A DNA stretch of 42,012 bases. It comes from a virus. Taxonomy: Duplodnaviria; Heunggongvirae; Uroviricota; Caudoviricetes. The stretch lies in the IMG/VR virus record IMGVR_UViG_2563366969_000002. One strand, 5' to 3'. Below the pieces are notes generated by a model. The model was given only the letters and a program-made list of their open reading frames with translations, searched no databases and had not been told where the DNA came from. Shown here one piece after another: positions 9,156 to 19,326 of the stretch. Each line of letters opens with the position of its first letter. Within the stretch, counting starts at the first letter, position 1. A program made the translations under genes and the position numbers.

Positions 9156-9872
<717 letters not shown>

Positions 9873-9879
9873 TTAAATC

Positions 9880-9943
9880 TATCACCGCAAGGGATAAATA
9901 TCTAACACCGTGCGTGTTGACTGTTTTACCTCTAGCGGTGATA
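9880..9943. promoter_or_regulatory. oR operators / pRM-pR
   Basis: TATCACCGCAAGGGATA, TAACACCGTGCGTGTTG, TACCTCTAGCGGTGATA match recalled lambda OR3, OR2, OR1 (OR1 one mismatch). Confidence 0.85.
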
Positions 9944-9960
9944 ATAATTGCATGTACTAA

Positions 9961-10170
<210 letters not shown>

Positions 10171-10288
10171 ATAACACCGCTCTTACACATCACAGCCCTG
10201 AAAAAGGGCATCCAATTAAACCACACCTATGGTGTATGCATTTATTTGCATACATTCAATCAATTGTTATCTAAGGAAATACTTACAT

Positions 10289-10582
10289 ATGGTTCGTGCA
10301 AACAAACGCAACGAGGCACTACGAATCGAGAGTGCGTTGCTTAACAAAATCGCAATGCTTGGAACTGAGAAGACAGCGGAAGCTGTGGGAGTTGATAAGT
10401 CGCAGATCAGCAGGTGGAAGAGAGACTGGATTCCCAAGTTCTCAATGCTGCTTGCTGTTCTTGAATGGGGGGTCGTTGACGACGACATGGCTCGATTGGC
10501 GCGACAAGTTGCTGCGATTCTCACCAATAAAAAACGCCCGGCGGCAACCGAGCGTTCTGAACAAATCCAGATGGAGTTCTGA
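10289..10582 (+). CDS. cII: cII transcriptional activator
   Basis: ATG at 10289 gives MVRANKRNEALRIESALLNKIAMLGTEKTAEAVGVDKSQISRWKRDWIPKF..., matching recalled lambda cII; the longer listed ORF starts upstream. Confidence 0.93.
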   Translation: MVRANKRNEALRIESALLNKIAMLGTEKTAEAVGVDKSQISRWKRDWIPKFSMLLAVLEWGVVDDDMARLARQVAAILTNKKRPAATERSEQIQMEF

Positions 10583-10614
10583 GGTCATTACTGGATCTAT
10601 CAACAGGAGTCATT

Positions 10615-11514
10615 ATGACAAATACAGCAAAAATACTCAACTTCGGCAGAGGTAACTTTGCCGGACAGGAGCGTAATGTGGCAGATCTCGATGATGGTTA
10701 CGCCAGACTATCAAATATGCTGCTTGAGGCTTATTCGGGCGCAGATCTGACCAAGCGACAGTTTAAAGTGCTGCTTGCCATTCTGCGTAAAACCTATGGG
10801 TGGAATAAACCAATGGACAGAATCACCGATTCTCAACTTAGCGAGATTACAAAGTTACCTGTCAAACGGTGCAATGAAGCCAAGTTAGAACTCGTCAGAA
10901 TGAATATTATCAAGCAGCAAGGCGGCATGTTTGGACCAAATAAAAACATCTCAGAATGGTGTATCCCTCAAAACGAGGGACAATCCCCTAAAACGAGGGA
11001 TAAAACATCCCTCAAATTGGGGGATTGCTATCCCTCAAAACAGGGGGACACAAAAGACACTATTACAAAAGAAAAAAGAAAAGATTATTCGTCAGAGAAT
11101 TCTGGCGAATCCTCTGACCAGCCAGAAAACGATCTTTCTGTGGTTAAACCGGATGCTGCAATTCAGAGCGGCAGCAGGTGGGGGACAGCAGAAGACCTGA
11201 CCGCCGCAGAGTGGATGTTTGACATGGTGAAGACCATCGCGCCATCAGCCAGAAAACCGAATTTTGCAGGGTGGGCTAACGATATCCGCCTGATGCGTGA
11301 ACGTGACGGACATAACCACCGCGACATGTGCGTGCTGTTCCGCTGGGCATGCCAGGACAACTTCTGGTCCGGTAACGTGCTGAGTCCGGCCAAACTCCGC
11401 GACAAGTGGACCCAGCTCGAAATCAACCGTAACAAGCAACAGGCAGGCGTGACAGCTAGCAAACCAAAACTCGACCTGACAAACACAGACTGGATTTACG
11501 GGGTGGATCTATGA
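10615..11514 (+). CDS. O: Replication initiator O
   Basis: 299-aa ORF MTNTAKILNFGRGNFAGQERNVADLDDGYARLSNMLLEAY... matches recalled lambda O; contains ori iterons. Confidence 0.95.
   Translation: MTNTAKILNFGRGNFAGQERNVADLDDGYARLSNMLLEAYSGADLTKRQFKVLLAILRKTYGWNKPMDRITDSQLSEITKLPVKRCNEAKLELVRMNIIKQQGGMFGPNKNISEWCIPQNEGQSPKTRDKTSLKLGDCYPSKQGDTKDTITKEKRKDYSSENSGESSDQPENDLSVVKPDAAIQSGSRWGTAEDLTAAEWMFDMVKTIAPSARKPNFAGWANDIRLMRERDGHNHRDMCVLFRWACQDNFWSGNVLSPAKLRDKWTQLEINRNKQQAGVTASKPKLDLTNTDWIYGVDL
10963..11090 (+). repeat. ori-lambda: four ~18-bp iterons plus AT-rich tract
   Basis: ATCCCTCAAAACGAGGGA / ATCCCCTAAAACGAGGGA / ATCCCTCAAATTGGGGGA / ATCCCTCAAAACAGGGGGA followed by A-rich stretch, inside O. 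Confidence 0.85.
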
Positions 11515-12212
11515 AAAACATCGCCGCACAGATGATTAACTTTGACCGTGAGCAGATGCGTCGGATCGCCAACAACATGCCGGAACAGTACGACGAAAAG
11601 CCGCAGGTACGGCAGGTAGCGCAGATCATCAATGGTGTGTTCAGCCAGTTACTGGCAACTTTCCCGGCGAGCCTGGCTAACCGGGACCAGAACGAACTGA
11701 ACGAAATCCGCCGCCAGTGGGTTCTGGCTTTCCGGGAAAACGGGATCACCACAATGGAACAGGTTAACGCAGGAATGCGCGTAGCCCGTCGGCAGAATCG
11801 ACCATTCCTGCCATCACCCGGGCAGTTTGTTGCATGGTGCCGTGAAGAAGCATCCGTTATTGCCGGACTGCCAAACGCCAGCGAGCTGGTTGATATGGTT
11901 TACGAGTATTGCCGGAAGCGTGGCCTGTATCCGGATGCAGAGTCTTATCCGTGGAAATCAAACGCGCACTACTGGCTGGTTACTAGCCTGTACCAGAATA
12001 TGCGGGCCAATGCGCTTACTGATACGGAATTACGGCGCAAGGCTGCCGATGAACTGACTTGTATCACCGCGCGAATTAACCGTGGTGAGGCGATACCTGA
12101 ACCAGTAAAACAACTTCCTGTCATGGGCGGTAGACCTCTAAATCGTGCACAGGCTCTGGCGAAGATCGCAGAAATCAAAGCTAAGTTTGGGCTGAAAGGA
12201 GCAAGTGTATGA
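11511..12212 (+). CDS. P: Replication protein P (DnaB loader)
   Basis: 233-aa ORF MKNIAAQMINFDREQMRRIANNMPEQYDEKPQVRQVAQIINGVFSQLLATFPASLANRDQ... matches recalled lambda P. Confidence 0.95.
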   Translation: MKNIAAQMINFDREQMRRIANNMPEQYDEKPQVRQVAQIINGVFSQLLATFPASLANRDQNELNEIRRQWVLAFRENGITTMEQVNAGMRVARRQNRPFLPSPGQFVAWCREEASVIAGLPNASELVDMVYEYCRKRGLYPDAESYPWKSNAHYWLVTSLYQNMRANALTDTELRRKAADELTCITARINRGEAIPEPVKQLPVMGGRPLNRAQALAKIAEIKAKFGLKGASV

Positions 12213-12271
12213 CGGGCAAAGAGGCAAGTATTCATTATGAGAAACTTTCTAAATTTTTTGAGCCAGATTAG
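12209..12271 (+). pseudogene. ren: Truncated ren (first ~20 codons only)
   Basis: ATGA overlap with P stop; MTGKEASIHYEKLSKFFEPD* — first residues match recalled lambda Ren (MTGKEAIIHY...), then diverges and stops. Confidence 0.5.
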
Positions 12272-12415
12272 TGGTCTTGGATTCAGTTTACGTCTCAGAT
12301 ACTGAGAAAAATAACAATTTGTGATACATGTTAACATTATGACTTTTCAGGCTTTCACCAAATTTTTTTAAGAGTATTCTGACCCTTTCGTATCAATGCA
12401 TGAACAGGAATCTAT

Positions 12416-13435
12416 ATGTGTTATAGCAATGTTACAGATCGTGATCTTATGGGGCAAATTGCTACTAAATTAAATGACTATCGAAACCCTCCTCAAGGTG
12501 GCATGAGCATTGATCATGTTAATCGATGGATTAATCAATTTGAGTTAACCGATAGGCGATTTGTCTTAGAGGAAACGGACCGATTAATGGGGATTGGATA
12601 CTTCTCTGAGAGCGACTATCGCAGAGTTATTAGTAGTATCGCCAATGATGAGCAAAATGAAAGGTTCTTTCAAACCGCAGCGTTTCTCGATATCCAGAAC
12701 CAAGGCACCAGTCAATCTGAGTTTTTGGATTTGCTTCGAGAAGATTGTGTAGAAGAATTCAACGTTGTGACCAGACTGTCACAACGTCAAAGAGTTAGTT
12801 CATTCCGTGAATTTATTTACCTTGACGATGTTTCATTCTCAGGAGCTAAGGCAATCAATGATTTAACTTGGTTTATTGAGCACTTTGAACTCCAAAATAT
12901 TACAATATTGGTGTACTTTTTAGGCGGGCACACGTATTCAGCATGGAAGATAAAAAACCAACTTGAACGAAAATTTGCTGATAGGAATATTTCAGTTTGC
13001 GTTGGTGGTGGTGAGTTTGCAGTTGTTGAAAATCAACGCCGAAACAGTTCGAGTTCTGAGGTTTTTTGGCCAAAAGCGCAAAGTGTATCAATACCTGAAT
13101 GGGCTGACGGTCAAGTACATTATTTAGGAACATATCGTGACGGTTACGTCGCGAATAATTTTTTCCCTAATGAGCAGAGACGAGATCGTTTTGAAGCAAT
13201 TATGACAAAAGTTGGGTTTGATATCCTTGGTCAGAGTCAAAATCCTTCTGATGTTATAAAGCCTTTAGGCTTTTCAACTTTCAATGGTGTTGGGTTTGGT
13301 GGAACTATCTTTACTTTCAGAAACTGCCCCAATAATACCCCTCTAGCGTACTGGTGGGGAACTTATCTTCGAACGGGAAATAGAGCTCTGGATTGTTGGT
13401 ATCCACTTATGAAGCGTAATGTGTATAATCGGTGA
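12416..13435 (+). CDS. Unknown 339-aa protein, gene A of inserted two-gene module
   Basis: ATG at 12416 with AGGAA 6 nt upstream; AT-rich by eye; no confident family. Weak resemblance of FIYLDDVSFSGAKAI to the PRPP-binding loop of phosphoribosyltransferases (low confidence). Confidence 0.75.
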   Translation: MCYSNVTDRDLMGQIATKLNDYRNPPQGGMSIDHVNRWINQFELTDRRFVLEETDRLMGIGYFSESDYRRVISSIANDEQNERFFQTAAFLDIQNQGTSQSEFLDLLREDCVEEFNVVTRLSQRQRVSSFREFIYLDDVSFSGAKAINDLTWFIEHFELQNITILVYFLGGHTYSAWKIKNQLERKFADRNISVCVGGGEFAVVENQRRNSSSSEVFWPKAQSVSIPEWADGQVHYLGTYRDGYVANNFFPNEQRRDRFEAIMTKVGFDILGQSQNPSDVIKPLGFSTFNGVGFGGTIFTFRNCPNNTPLAYWWGTYLRTGNRALDCWYPLMKRNVYNR

Positions 13436-14049
13436 TCATGAGCTATAGACTATACCTGTTTCACAACACAGTTTCTTTCAGGAAAACCACCGAGAAATGG
13501 GGTGGTCTTTCCAACATGGCCAAAGGATATCCGCTCTTAGTTAATGGTATACCCATTCAATCGAGTGAAATTCTTTACCAAGCATGCCGATATCCAGACT
13601 ATCCAGATATCCAAAAGGCTATTATTACCCAAGGCAACCCTTATGAAGCTAAACAAACCGCCAGATCTTTCGAAGCCAAAACCCGTGCAGGTTGGGAAAA
13701 AAATCGAGTTTCGGTAATGAAATGGTGTGTCTGCGTTAAGCTTTGCCAGAACTGGGAATCGTTTTTCGCGCTCCTGGATAGCACAGGAGAGCATGACATT
13801 GTTGAGCACTCAGAGAAGGACCAATTTTGGGGGGCTAGTAAAGACTCCGAAGGTAACTTTTATGGTATGAACGTGTTAGGTCGTATCCTTATGGATGCGA
13901 GAGATGTTGCAAGAAAGAAGGGGCTTTCAGGGTTTGCTACGATACCGCCGCTACCCTTGGATAGGTTTCTTCTGCTCGGGGAGCAAATACGTGATGTTAC
14001 TTTCTCTCCACTACCGATGAATTCGGGGCAAAGCTTATCGCTTTTTTAA
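13432..14049 (+). CDS. NADAR / YbiA-like (DUF1768) protein, gene B of inserted module
   Basis: 205-aa ORF; start overlaps gene A stop (GTG 13432 in GTGA, or ATG 13438). Matches the recalled YbiA/NADAR pattern: SNM..(Y)..SSE.LYQA.....WE..RV.VM......K..QN.....LL.STG...IVEH...D.FWG......GN.LG.ILM..R. Confidence 0.7.
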   Translation: MIMSYRLYLFHNTVSFRKTTEKWGGLSNMAKGYPLLVNGIPIQSSEILYQACRYPDYPDIQKAIITQGNPYEAKQTARSFEAKTRAGWEKNRVSVMKWCVCVKLCQNWESFFALLDSTGEHDIVEHSEKDQFWGASKDSEGNFYGMNVLGRILMDARDVARKKGLSGFATIPPLPLDRFLLLGEQIRDVTFSPLPMNSGQSLSLF

Positions 14050-14086
14050 TGTGGCGTTGTTCCTTTCACTGTCGTGACAGATCTGC

Positions 14087-14110
14087 AAACCCGCTTTGGC
14101 GGGTTTTTTA
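14087..14110 (+). terminator. Rho-independent terminator after the two-gene module
   Basis: AAACCCGC-TTTG-GCGGGTTT stem-loop followed by TTTTTT, 38 nt after gene B stop. Confidence 0.8.
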
Positions 14111-14323
14111 TAAATTATGCAACTTATTGACTTGCTACCGATATGTCAGACTTTAACATAGCAGCTAAAATCTAGTACGAAGCCGACAAGGTAAACATTG
14201 ACTTGGTGGCATCTAGTAAAGCGTACAATGAGTGCCTGAAGTTTTATTCCGAGAAGTCGATAACTTTACCTAAAGGTAGCGATCGGTAGCGATCCGGTTT
14301 ATCTGAAAACAGGAGGGTTGAAA

Positions 14324-14527
14324 GTGACGATAGAATTTGAATCTACCCCAGAAGGGGCAAGGCAGGGAATGACACATCATCAGCGAAAAATTAGAGAACT
14401 TTTGGAAGAAGAAACTGCTATATGCGAGGACGCTCTTGAAGGTGAATACAATCAAGGTCGTCTGGATGAAATACATAAAGAGATAGCCTATCGAGAAAGC
14501 CAAATCGAAAAATTGAAGGTTATTTGA
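14324..14527 (+). CDS. Small charged protein, unknown function
   Basis: GTG at 14324 preceded by AGGAGG (14311-14316); ~67 aa, highly charged, helical/coiled-coil-like (…ELLEEETAICEDALEGEYNQGRLDEIHKEIAYRESQIEKLKVI). Confidence 0.35.
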   Translation: MTIEFESTPEGARQGMTHHQRKIRELLEEETAICEDALEGEYNQGRLDEIHKEIAYRESQIEKLKVI

Positions 14528-14724
14528 AGACATGAAAGCAATTTGATTTCCAGCTATCAACCCGCCATAATCATGTCATCGGAGCCTGAACAACTCCGGT
14601 GACTTCTGCGCTAAACGGGGACGTTTATGCGCACATACAATCCAAACTCTCTTCTCCCTTCACAGATGCAGAAATGCACCTGCGATGTCTTGCATCCAGC
14701 GTTTGATCTCTGCGGAGGTGAAGC

Positions 14725-15180
14725 GTGAACCTCCCACAAGATGGCATCAAATTACATCGCGGTAACTTCACCGCTGTCGGTCAGCAGATCCAGACTTATC
14801 TGGAAGACGGCAAATGCTTTCGCATGGTGCTTAAACCGTGGCGCGAGAGACGCAGTCTTTCCCAGAATGCACTCAGCCACATGTGGTACAGCGAAATCAG
14901 TGAATACCTCATCAGCAGGGGTAAAACGTTCGCCACTCCAGATTGGGTAAAAGATGCTCTCAAACACACTTATCTCGGTTATGAAACCAAAGAACTGGTT
15001 GATGTCGTAACCGGTGAAATCACCACCATTCAGTCATTACGTCATACCTCCGATCTCGATACCGGAGAGATGTATGTCTTCCTGTGTAAGGTTGAAGCCT
15101 GGGCGATGAATATTGGCTGCCACCTGACTATTCCGCAGAGCTGCGAGTTCCAGCTGCTGCGCGACAAGCAGGAGGCGTAA
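14725..15180 (+). CDS. NinB/YbcN-like protein
   Basis: 151-aa [65 protein letters not shown]... matches recalled DLP12 YbcN, at the ninB position. Confidence 0.75.
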   Translation: MNLPQDGIKLHRGNFTAVGQQIQTYLEDGKCFRMVLKPWRERRSLSQNALSHMWYSEISEYLISRGKTFATPDWVKDALKHTYLGYETKELVDVVTGEITTIQSLRHTSDLDTGEMYVFLCKVEAWAMNIGCHLTIPQSCEFQLLRDKQEA

Positions 15181-15350
15181 TGGCTACACCGCTTATTCGT
15201 GTCATGAACGGACACATCTACAAAGTACCAAATCGTCGTAAGCGTAAACCTGAGCTGAAGCCATCCGAAATACCAACTCTGCTCGGATATACCGCCAGCC
15301 TGGTTGATAAAAAATGGTTGCGACTGGCAGCAAGGAGGAATCATGGCTGA
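15180..15350 (+). CDS. ninE: NinE-like protein
   Basis: 56-aa frame [56 protein letters not shown]; TAATG overlap with preceding gene. Confidence 0.65.
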   Translation: MATPLIRVMNGHIYKVPNRRKRKPELKPSEIPTLLGYTASLVDKKWLRLAARRNHG

Positions 15351-15633
15351 TTTGAGAAAAGCAGCGCGTGGTCGGGAATGCCAGGTAAGAATCCCTGGCG
15401 TATGTAATGGCAATTCTGAAACGTCTGTACTGGCACATATCCGGCTGGCTGGATTGTGTGGCACCGGTACCAAACCGCCAGACCTGATTGCCACCATTGC
15501 ATGTTCTGCCTGTCACGATGAGATCGACCGTCGCACGCATTTTGTTGACGCTGGATATGCAAAAGAATGCGCGCTGGAAGGTATGGCGAGAACACAGGTT
15601 ATCTGGCTGAAAGAGGGGGTTATTAAGGCGTGA
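15343..15633 (+). CDS. YbcO-like (DUF1364) protein
   Basis: ATG at 15343 preceded by AAGGAGG; [42 protein letters not shown]...[11 protein letters not shown]... matches recalled DLP12 YbcO. Confidence 0.7.
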   Translation: MADLRKAARGRECQVRIPGVCNGNSETSVLAHIRLAGLCGTGTKPPDLIATIACSACHDEIDRRTHFVDAGYAKECALEGMARTQVIWLKEGVIKA

Positions 15634-15992
15634 ATACCTACAGCATCACATTACCCTGGCCTCCGAGCAATAATCGCTATTACCGCCATAATCGCGGGCG
15701 CACGCACATCAGCGCAGAGGGGCAGGCATACCGCGATAACGTCGCCCGAATCATTAAAAACGCAATGCTGGATATCGGCCTGGCTATGCCTGTGAAAATC
15801 CGCATTGAGTGCCACATGCCGGATCGCCGTCGCCGTGACCTGGATAATCTGCAAAAAGCCGCTTTTGACGCACTCACTAAAGCAGGTTTCTGGCTGGATG
15901 ATGCTCAGGTCGTTGATTACCGCGTTGTGAAGATGCCTGTTACCAAAGGTGGGAGGCTGGAACTGACCATCACCGAAATGGGGAATGAATGA
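15630..15992 (+). CDS. rusA: Holliday junction resolvase RusA
   Basis: 120-aa [80 protein letters not shown]... matches recalled RusA. Confidence 0.9.
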   Translation: MNTYSITLPWPPSNNRYYRHNRGRTHISAEGQAYRDNVARIIKNAMLDIGLAMPVKIRIECHMPDRRRRDLDNLQKAAFDALTKAGFWLDDAQVVDYRVVKMPVTKGGRLELTITEMGNE

Positions 15993-16125
15993 TGTTTGAG
16001 TTTAATATGGCAGAACTTCTTCGCCACCGCTGGGGGCGTCTGCGCTTATATCGTTTCCCCGGTTCTGTTTTGACCGATTACCGAATACTGAAGAATTACG
16101 CCAAAACACTGAAAGGAGCTGCCGC

Positions 16126-16815
16126 ATGAATACCCAATATTTACAGTATGTCCGCGAGCAACTCATTGTGGCTACCGCTGATTTGAGCGGAGCAACGAAA
16201 GGCCAGCTTGAAGCCTGTCTGGAGCATGCACAATTTGATACTGGTACATACAAACGAAAGAAGCCGCGCATTCTGGATGAGGTAACTGGCAGGATGATTA
16301 CGCTGGATAATCCGCCGATTTCCGGTAAGCAGTCGTACGCAAAAGGTTCATCCATTGCACTGGTCAGCCAGGTTGAGTTCTCAACCTCGTCATGGCGCCG
16401 CGCGGTTCTGTCTCTCGATGAACATCAGAAAGCGTGGTTGCTGTGGAGTTACAGCGAAAGTGTTCGCTGGGAGCATCAGGTTGCCATAACGCAGTGGGCA
16501 TGGAACGAGTTTAAGGCTCTGTTAGGTACAAGAAAAATTGCCAGTAAGACACTGGAACGCTTAAAGAAGTTGATCTGGCTGGCAGCACAGGATGTGAAGA
16601 GCGAGCTGGCTGGGCGTGAGACTTATGAATACCGGGAACTGGCATCACTGGTGGGAGTGACATCAAAAAACTGGTCTGAGACATTCACTGAACGCTGGGT
16701 TGCAATGAAGCACATTTTTCTACAGCTTGATAGCGAAGCTTTATTGCTTGTAACGAGAACACGTTCAAAACAAAAGACCACATTTTCACAGCAAAGTATT
16801 GCAAAACTGGATTAA
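16126..16815 (+). CDS. Putative late antiterminator Q (position-based)
   Basis: 229-aa ORF immediately upstream of a pR'-like promoter and the conserved late leader; not lambda Q by sequence, assignment rests on synteny. Confidence 0.45.
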   Translation: MNTQYLQYVREQLIVATADLSGATKGQLEACLEHAQFDTGTYKRKKPRILDEVTGRMITLDNPPISGKQSYAKGSSIALVSQVEFSTSSWRRAVLSLDEHQKAWLLWSYSESVRWEHQVAITQWAWNEFKALLGTRKIASKTLERLKKLIWLAAQDVKSELAGRETYEYRELASLVGVTSKNWSETFTERWVAMKHIFLQLDSEALLLVTRTRSKQKTTFSQQSIAKLD

Positions 16816-16889
16816 AAAGCATATATTTTATGTAAATCTGATATTCTGCCAATGTTGTATGTGCAACTGTTCGTAGATGTAGTAAGGGT

Positions 16890-16918
16890 TGACTATCCAA
16901 TTTCTAGGATATAGATTT
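16890..16918 (+). promoter_or_regulatory. pR'-like late promoter
   Basis: TTGACT - 17 nt - TAGATT; downstream leader (…GGCGGCTCCCAAAAGATAACCGCCAAGTTGGTAACTTCGAC…GGACTCCAACC…GAGAGGTCGAC) resembles recalled lambda late leader / 6S region. Confidence 0.45.
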
Positions 16919-17036
16919 TTCTGCAATAAAGGTTTTGGGAATGAAGGGGCGGCTCCCAAAAGATAACCGCCAAGTTGGTAACTTCGACTCGATAATTGGT
17001 CTGGGACTCCAACCGTGTCGGCTGAGAGGTCGACGT

Positions 17037-17840
17037 CTATTTCTTTTTGGGAAGTGGATACTTTAAGCTAACATTTTGAGTTTCTATATCTCGTGGCCCT
17101 CGAGTTTTATCATAAAAATACCAGATATTAAATTTTCTCTCAGTGTGCCATGTATCATATTGCAAGTGATCCCAGCCTAAATATGAAGCAACATAGTTTG
17201 ATACTCTTATTTTGGCTTCAGATGAAGCTTTTCCTTGATATGCGCACATAACCGCACCTAAGAAAAAATCGGCTAGCTGAATGTTTTCAGATGCTTTAGA
17301 GTCTTTTGTCACTACACTGCTGATTATCCCTTTACGACCAAATTTTCTATTCAATATGTTATTGGCAATAACATTTAGTTCTTCATCAGCCTTTTTATAA
17401 CGAGATGCGATAGGATCAACTTCAATCCTGAAGTAACTGTCTCTTTCAGGGTGTGCAGAAATTACAGAGCTAATTTTTGTGGTAATGAGATTTGTGAAGT
17501 GCTTTCTCCTTGCCAGGTCATAATCTCCATTATGAAATGCCTTATTTACTATTGATTTTTCAACCACGATACAATGAAAAGCTAGCCAAGGAACTCTAAA
17601 GAATAAGTCGATCAGCTCAAGATAAAATTCAGAGTATCTTTTTGAATGGGCTTTTTGCCATTTTATTTCTTCAAAAAAACCATGTTTTCTGCGTAGTTCT
17701 CTGATTAGTTGACAGAAATCCCCACGGCGTTGGTACTTCATCCACAGACTGCCAAAGCCGTAGAAACGTTGTCCATCAATGCCAGATTCATCGCAAGCAA
17801 TATGCCAAATTAACTTACCAATGTTATCTTTTTCTGTCAT
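17037..17840 (-). CDS. Unknown protein, possible DUF3800-like; antisense moron between late leader and lysis genes
   Basis: 267-aa ORF, AT-rich by eye, opposite to late transcription; N-terminal IWHIACDESGIDGQ resembles the DESG motif I recall for DUF3800 proteins (low confidence). Confidence 0.65.
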   Translation of the reverse strand: MTEKDNIGKLIWHIACDESGIDGQRFYGFGSLWMKYQRRGDFCQLIRELRRKHGFFEEIKWQKAHSKRYSEFYLELIDLFFRVPWLAFHCIVVEKSIVNKAFHNGDYDLARRKHFTNLITTKISSVISAHPERDSYFRIEVDPIASRYKKADEELNVIANNILNRKFGRKGIISSVVTKDSKASENIQLADFFLGAVMCAYQGKASSEAKIRVSNYVASYLGWDHLQYDTWHTERKFNIWYFYDKTRGPRDIETQNVSLKYPLPKKK

Positions 17841-18068
17841 CTGCTGGTAATACTCTTAGTCCTTAAAGCATAGTATTTAACCATACATGTAACTCATTGA
17901 TAAAGATCGTTTTATGCAAGTTGCATATATTGGTTTTTGAAGGCCATTCGCTTGGTTATAAGATTTTTTAGTTATTTTGAATTGACTGTTTATAACAATA
18001 TTTCCCATGTAAGTTTTTAATCATTAGCGTCCCGGCCTTTCGTCGGCGGCGAAACATTGGCTATTCAT

Positions 18069-18374
18069 ATGCACGAAAAAGAGAGCCTTGCCGGAGCATT
18101 CTGGCTCGTTTTGCTGATCATCGCAGGTTGGGGCGGTCTGGTCCGCTACCTGATAGATGTGAAGCAGAGTAAAGCAACGTGGAGTTGGATAAATGCTCTG
18201 GCTCAGATAGTGGTATCGGGATTCACCGGTGTTATTGGTGGCCTGATCAGTATCGAAAGTGGATTCAGTATTTACATGATTCTCGCGACAGCGGGGATTA
18301 GTGGTGCGATGGGTTCGGTTGCACTGACGTACTTCTGGGAACGACTGACAGGGGTGAAAAATGCAAAATCTTAA
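18069..18374 (+). CDS. Putative holin
   Basis: ~101-aa protein from ATG 18069 (listed ORF starts at TTG 18057); three hydrophobic segments; directly upstream of and overlapping endolysin R. Confidence 0.6.
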   Translation: MHEKESLAGAFWLVLLIIAGWGGLVRYLIDVKQSKATWSWINALAQIVVSGFTGVIGGLISIESGFSIYMILATAGISGAMGSVALTYFWERLTGVKNAKS

Positions 18375-18837
18375 TCCTCAGCGTAAAGCTTTCCTCGATA
18401 TGTTGGCGTGGTCAGAGGGAACGGATAACGGGCGACAACCGACACGTAACCACGGTTATGATGTTATTGTTGGTGGTGAACTGTTTACTGATTACTCCGA
18501 TCATCCTCGCAAACTTGTCACGCTAAACCCGAAACTTAAATCAACAGCCGCCGGACGTTATCAGCTTCTTTCACGCTGGTGGGATGCTTACCGTAAGCAG
18601 CTTGCTCTGAAAGACTTCTCTCCGAAAAGCCAGGACGCTGTGGCATTGCAGCAGATTAAGGAGCGTGGCGCTTTACCGATGATTGATCGCGGTGATATTC
18701 GTCAGGCAATTGACCGTTGCAGCAATATCTGGGCTTCACTGCCGGGTGCTGGTTATGGTCAGTTCGAGCATAAGGCTGACAGCCTGATTGCAAAATTCAA
18801 AGAAGCAGGCGGAACGGTCAGAGAGATTGAGGTATGA
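18361..18837 (+). CDS. R: Endolysin R (lytic transglycosylase)
   Basis: 158-aa ORF ...[75 protein letters not shown]... matches recalled lambda R. Confidence 0.95.
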   Translation: MQNLNPQRKAFLDMLAWSEGTDNGRQPTRNHGYDVIVGGELFTDYSDHPRKLVTLNPKLKSTAAGRYQLLSRWWDAYRKQLALKDFSPKSQDAVALQQIKERGALPMIDRGDIRQAIDRCSNIWASLPGAGYGQFEHKADSLIAKFKEAGGTVREIEV

Positions 18838-19295
18838 GCAGAGTAACCGCGATTATCTCCGCTCTGGTTATCTGCATCATCGTCTGCCTGTCATGGGCTG
18901 TTAATCATTACCGCGATAACGCCATTACCTACAAAGCCCAGCGCGACAAAAATGCCAGAGAACTGAAGCTGGCGAACTCGACAATTACTGACATGCAGGT
19001 GCGCCAGCGTGATGTTGCTGCGCTCGATGCAAAATACACGAAGGAGTTAGCTGATGCGAAAGCTGAAAATGATGCTCTGCGTGATGATGTTGCCGCTGGT
19101 CGTCGTCGGTTGCACATCAAAGCAGTCTGTCAGTCAGTGCGTGAAGCCACCACCGCCTCCGGCGTGGATAATGCAGCCTCCCCCCGACTGGCAGACACCG
19201 CTGAACGGGATTATTTCACCCTCAGAGAGAGGCTGATCACTATGCAAAAACAACTGGAAGGAACCCAGAAGTATATTAATGAGCAGTGCAGATAG
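18834..19295 (+). CDS. Rz: Spanin inner-membrane subunit Rz
   Basis: 153-aa [83 protein letters not shown]... matches recalled lambda Rz. Confidence 0.9.
   Translation: MSRVTAIISALVICIIVCLSWAVNHYRDNAITYKAQRDKNARELKLANSTITDMQVRQRDVAALDAKYTKELADAKAENDALRDDVAAGRRRLHIKAVCQSVREATTASGVDNAASPRLADTAERDYFTLRERLITMQKQLEGTQKYINEQCR
19054..19236 (+). CDS. Rz1: Spanin outer-membrane lipoprotein Rz1 (embedded in Rz, +1 frame)
   Basis: 60-aa [55 protein letters not shown]...; lipobox LVVVGC and Pro-rich body. Confidence 0.8.
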   Translation: MRKLKMMLCVMMLPLVVVGCTSKQSVSQCVKPPPPPAWIMQPPPDWQTPLNGIISPSERG

Positions 19296-19326
19296 AGCTG
19301 CCCATATCGATGGGCAACTCATGCAA

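Noticed and set aside
10963-11048. Four ~18-bp direct repeats that could be mistaken for a mini CRISPR array
   Set aside because: They are the ori-lambda iterons inside gene O; no regular repeat-spacer structure and no cas genes.
14275-14294. Tandem duplication GGTAGCGATC x2
   Set aside because: Only two copies of 10 bp; too short to call a functional repeat.
16002-16355. 117-aa minus-strand ORF across the rusA/Q junction
   Set aside because: Overlaps the start of the Q-like gene antisense; no RBS or recognisable motif.
16816-17036. Looked for tRNA genes or stx toxin genes in the Q-S interval, as in Stx phages
   Set aside because: No cloverleaf-compatible sequence and no stxA/stxB-like ORFs; the interval holds a pR'-like promoter and late leader.
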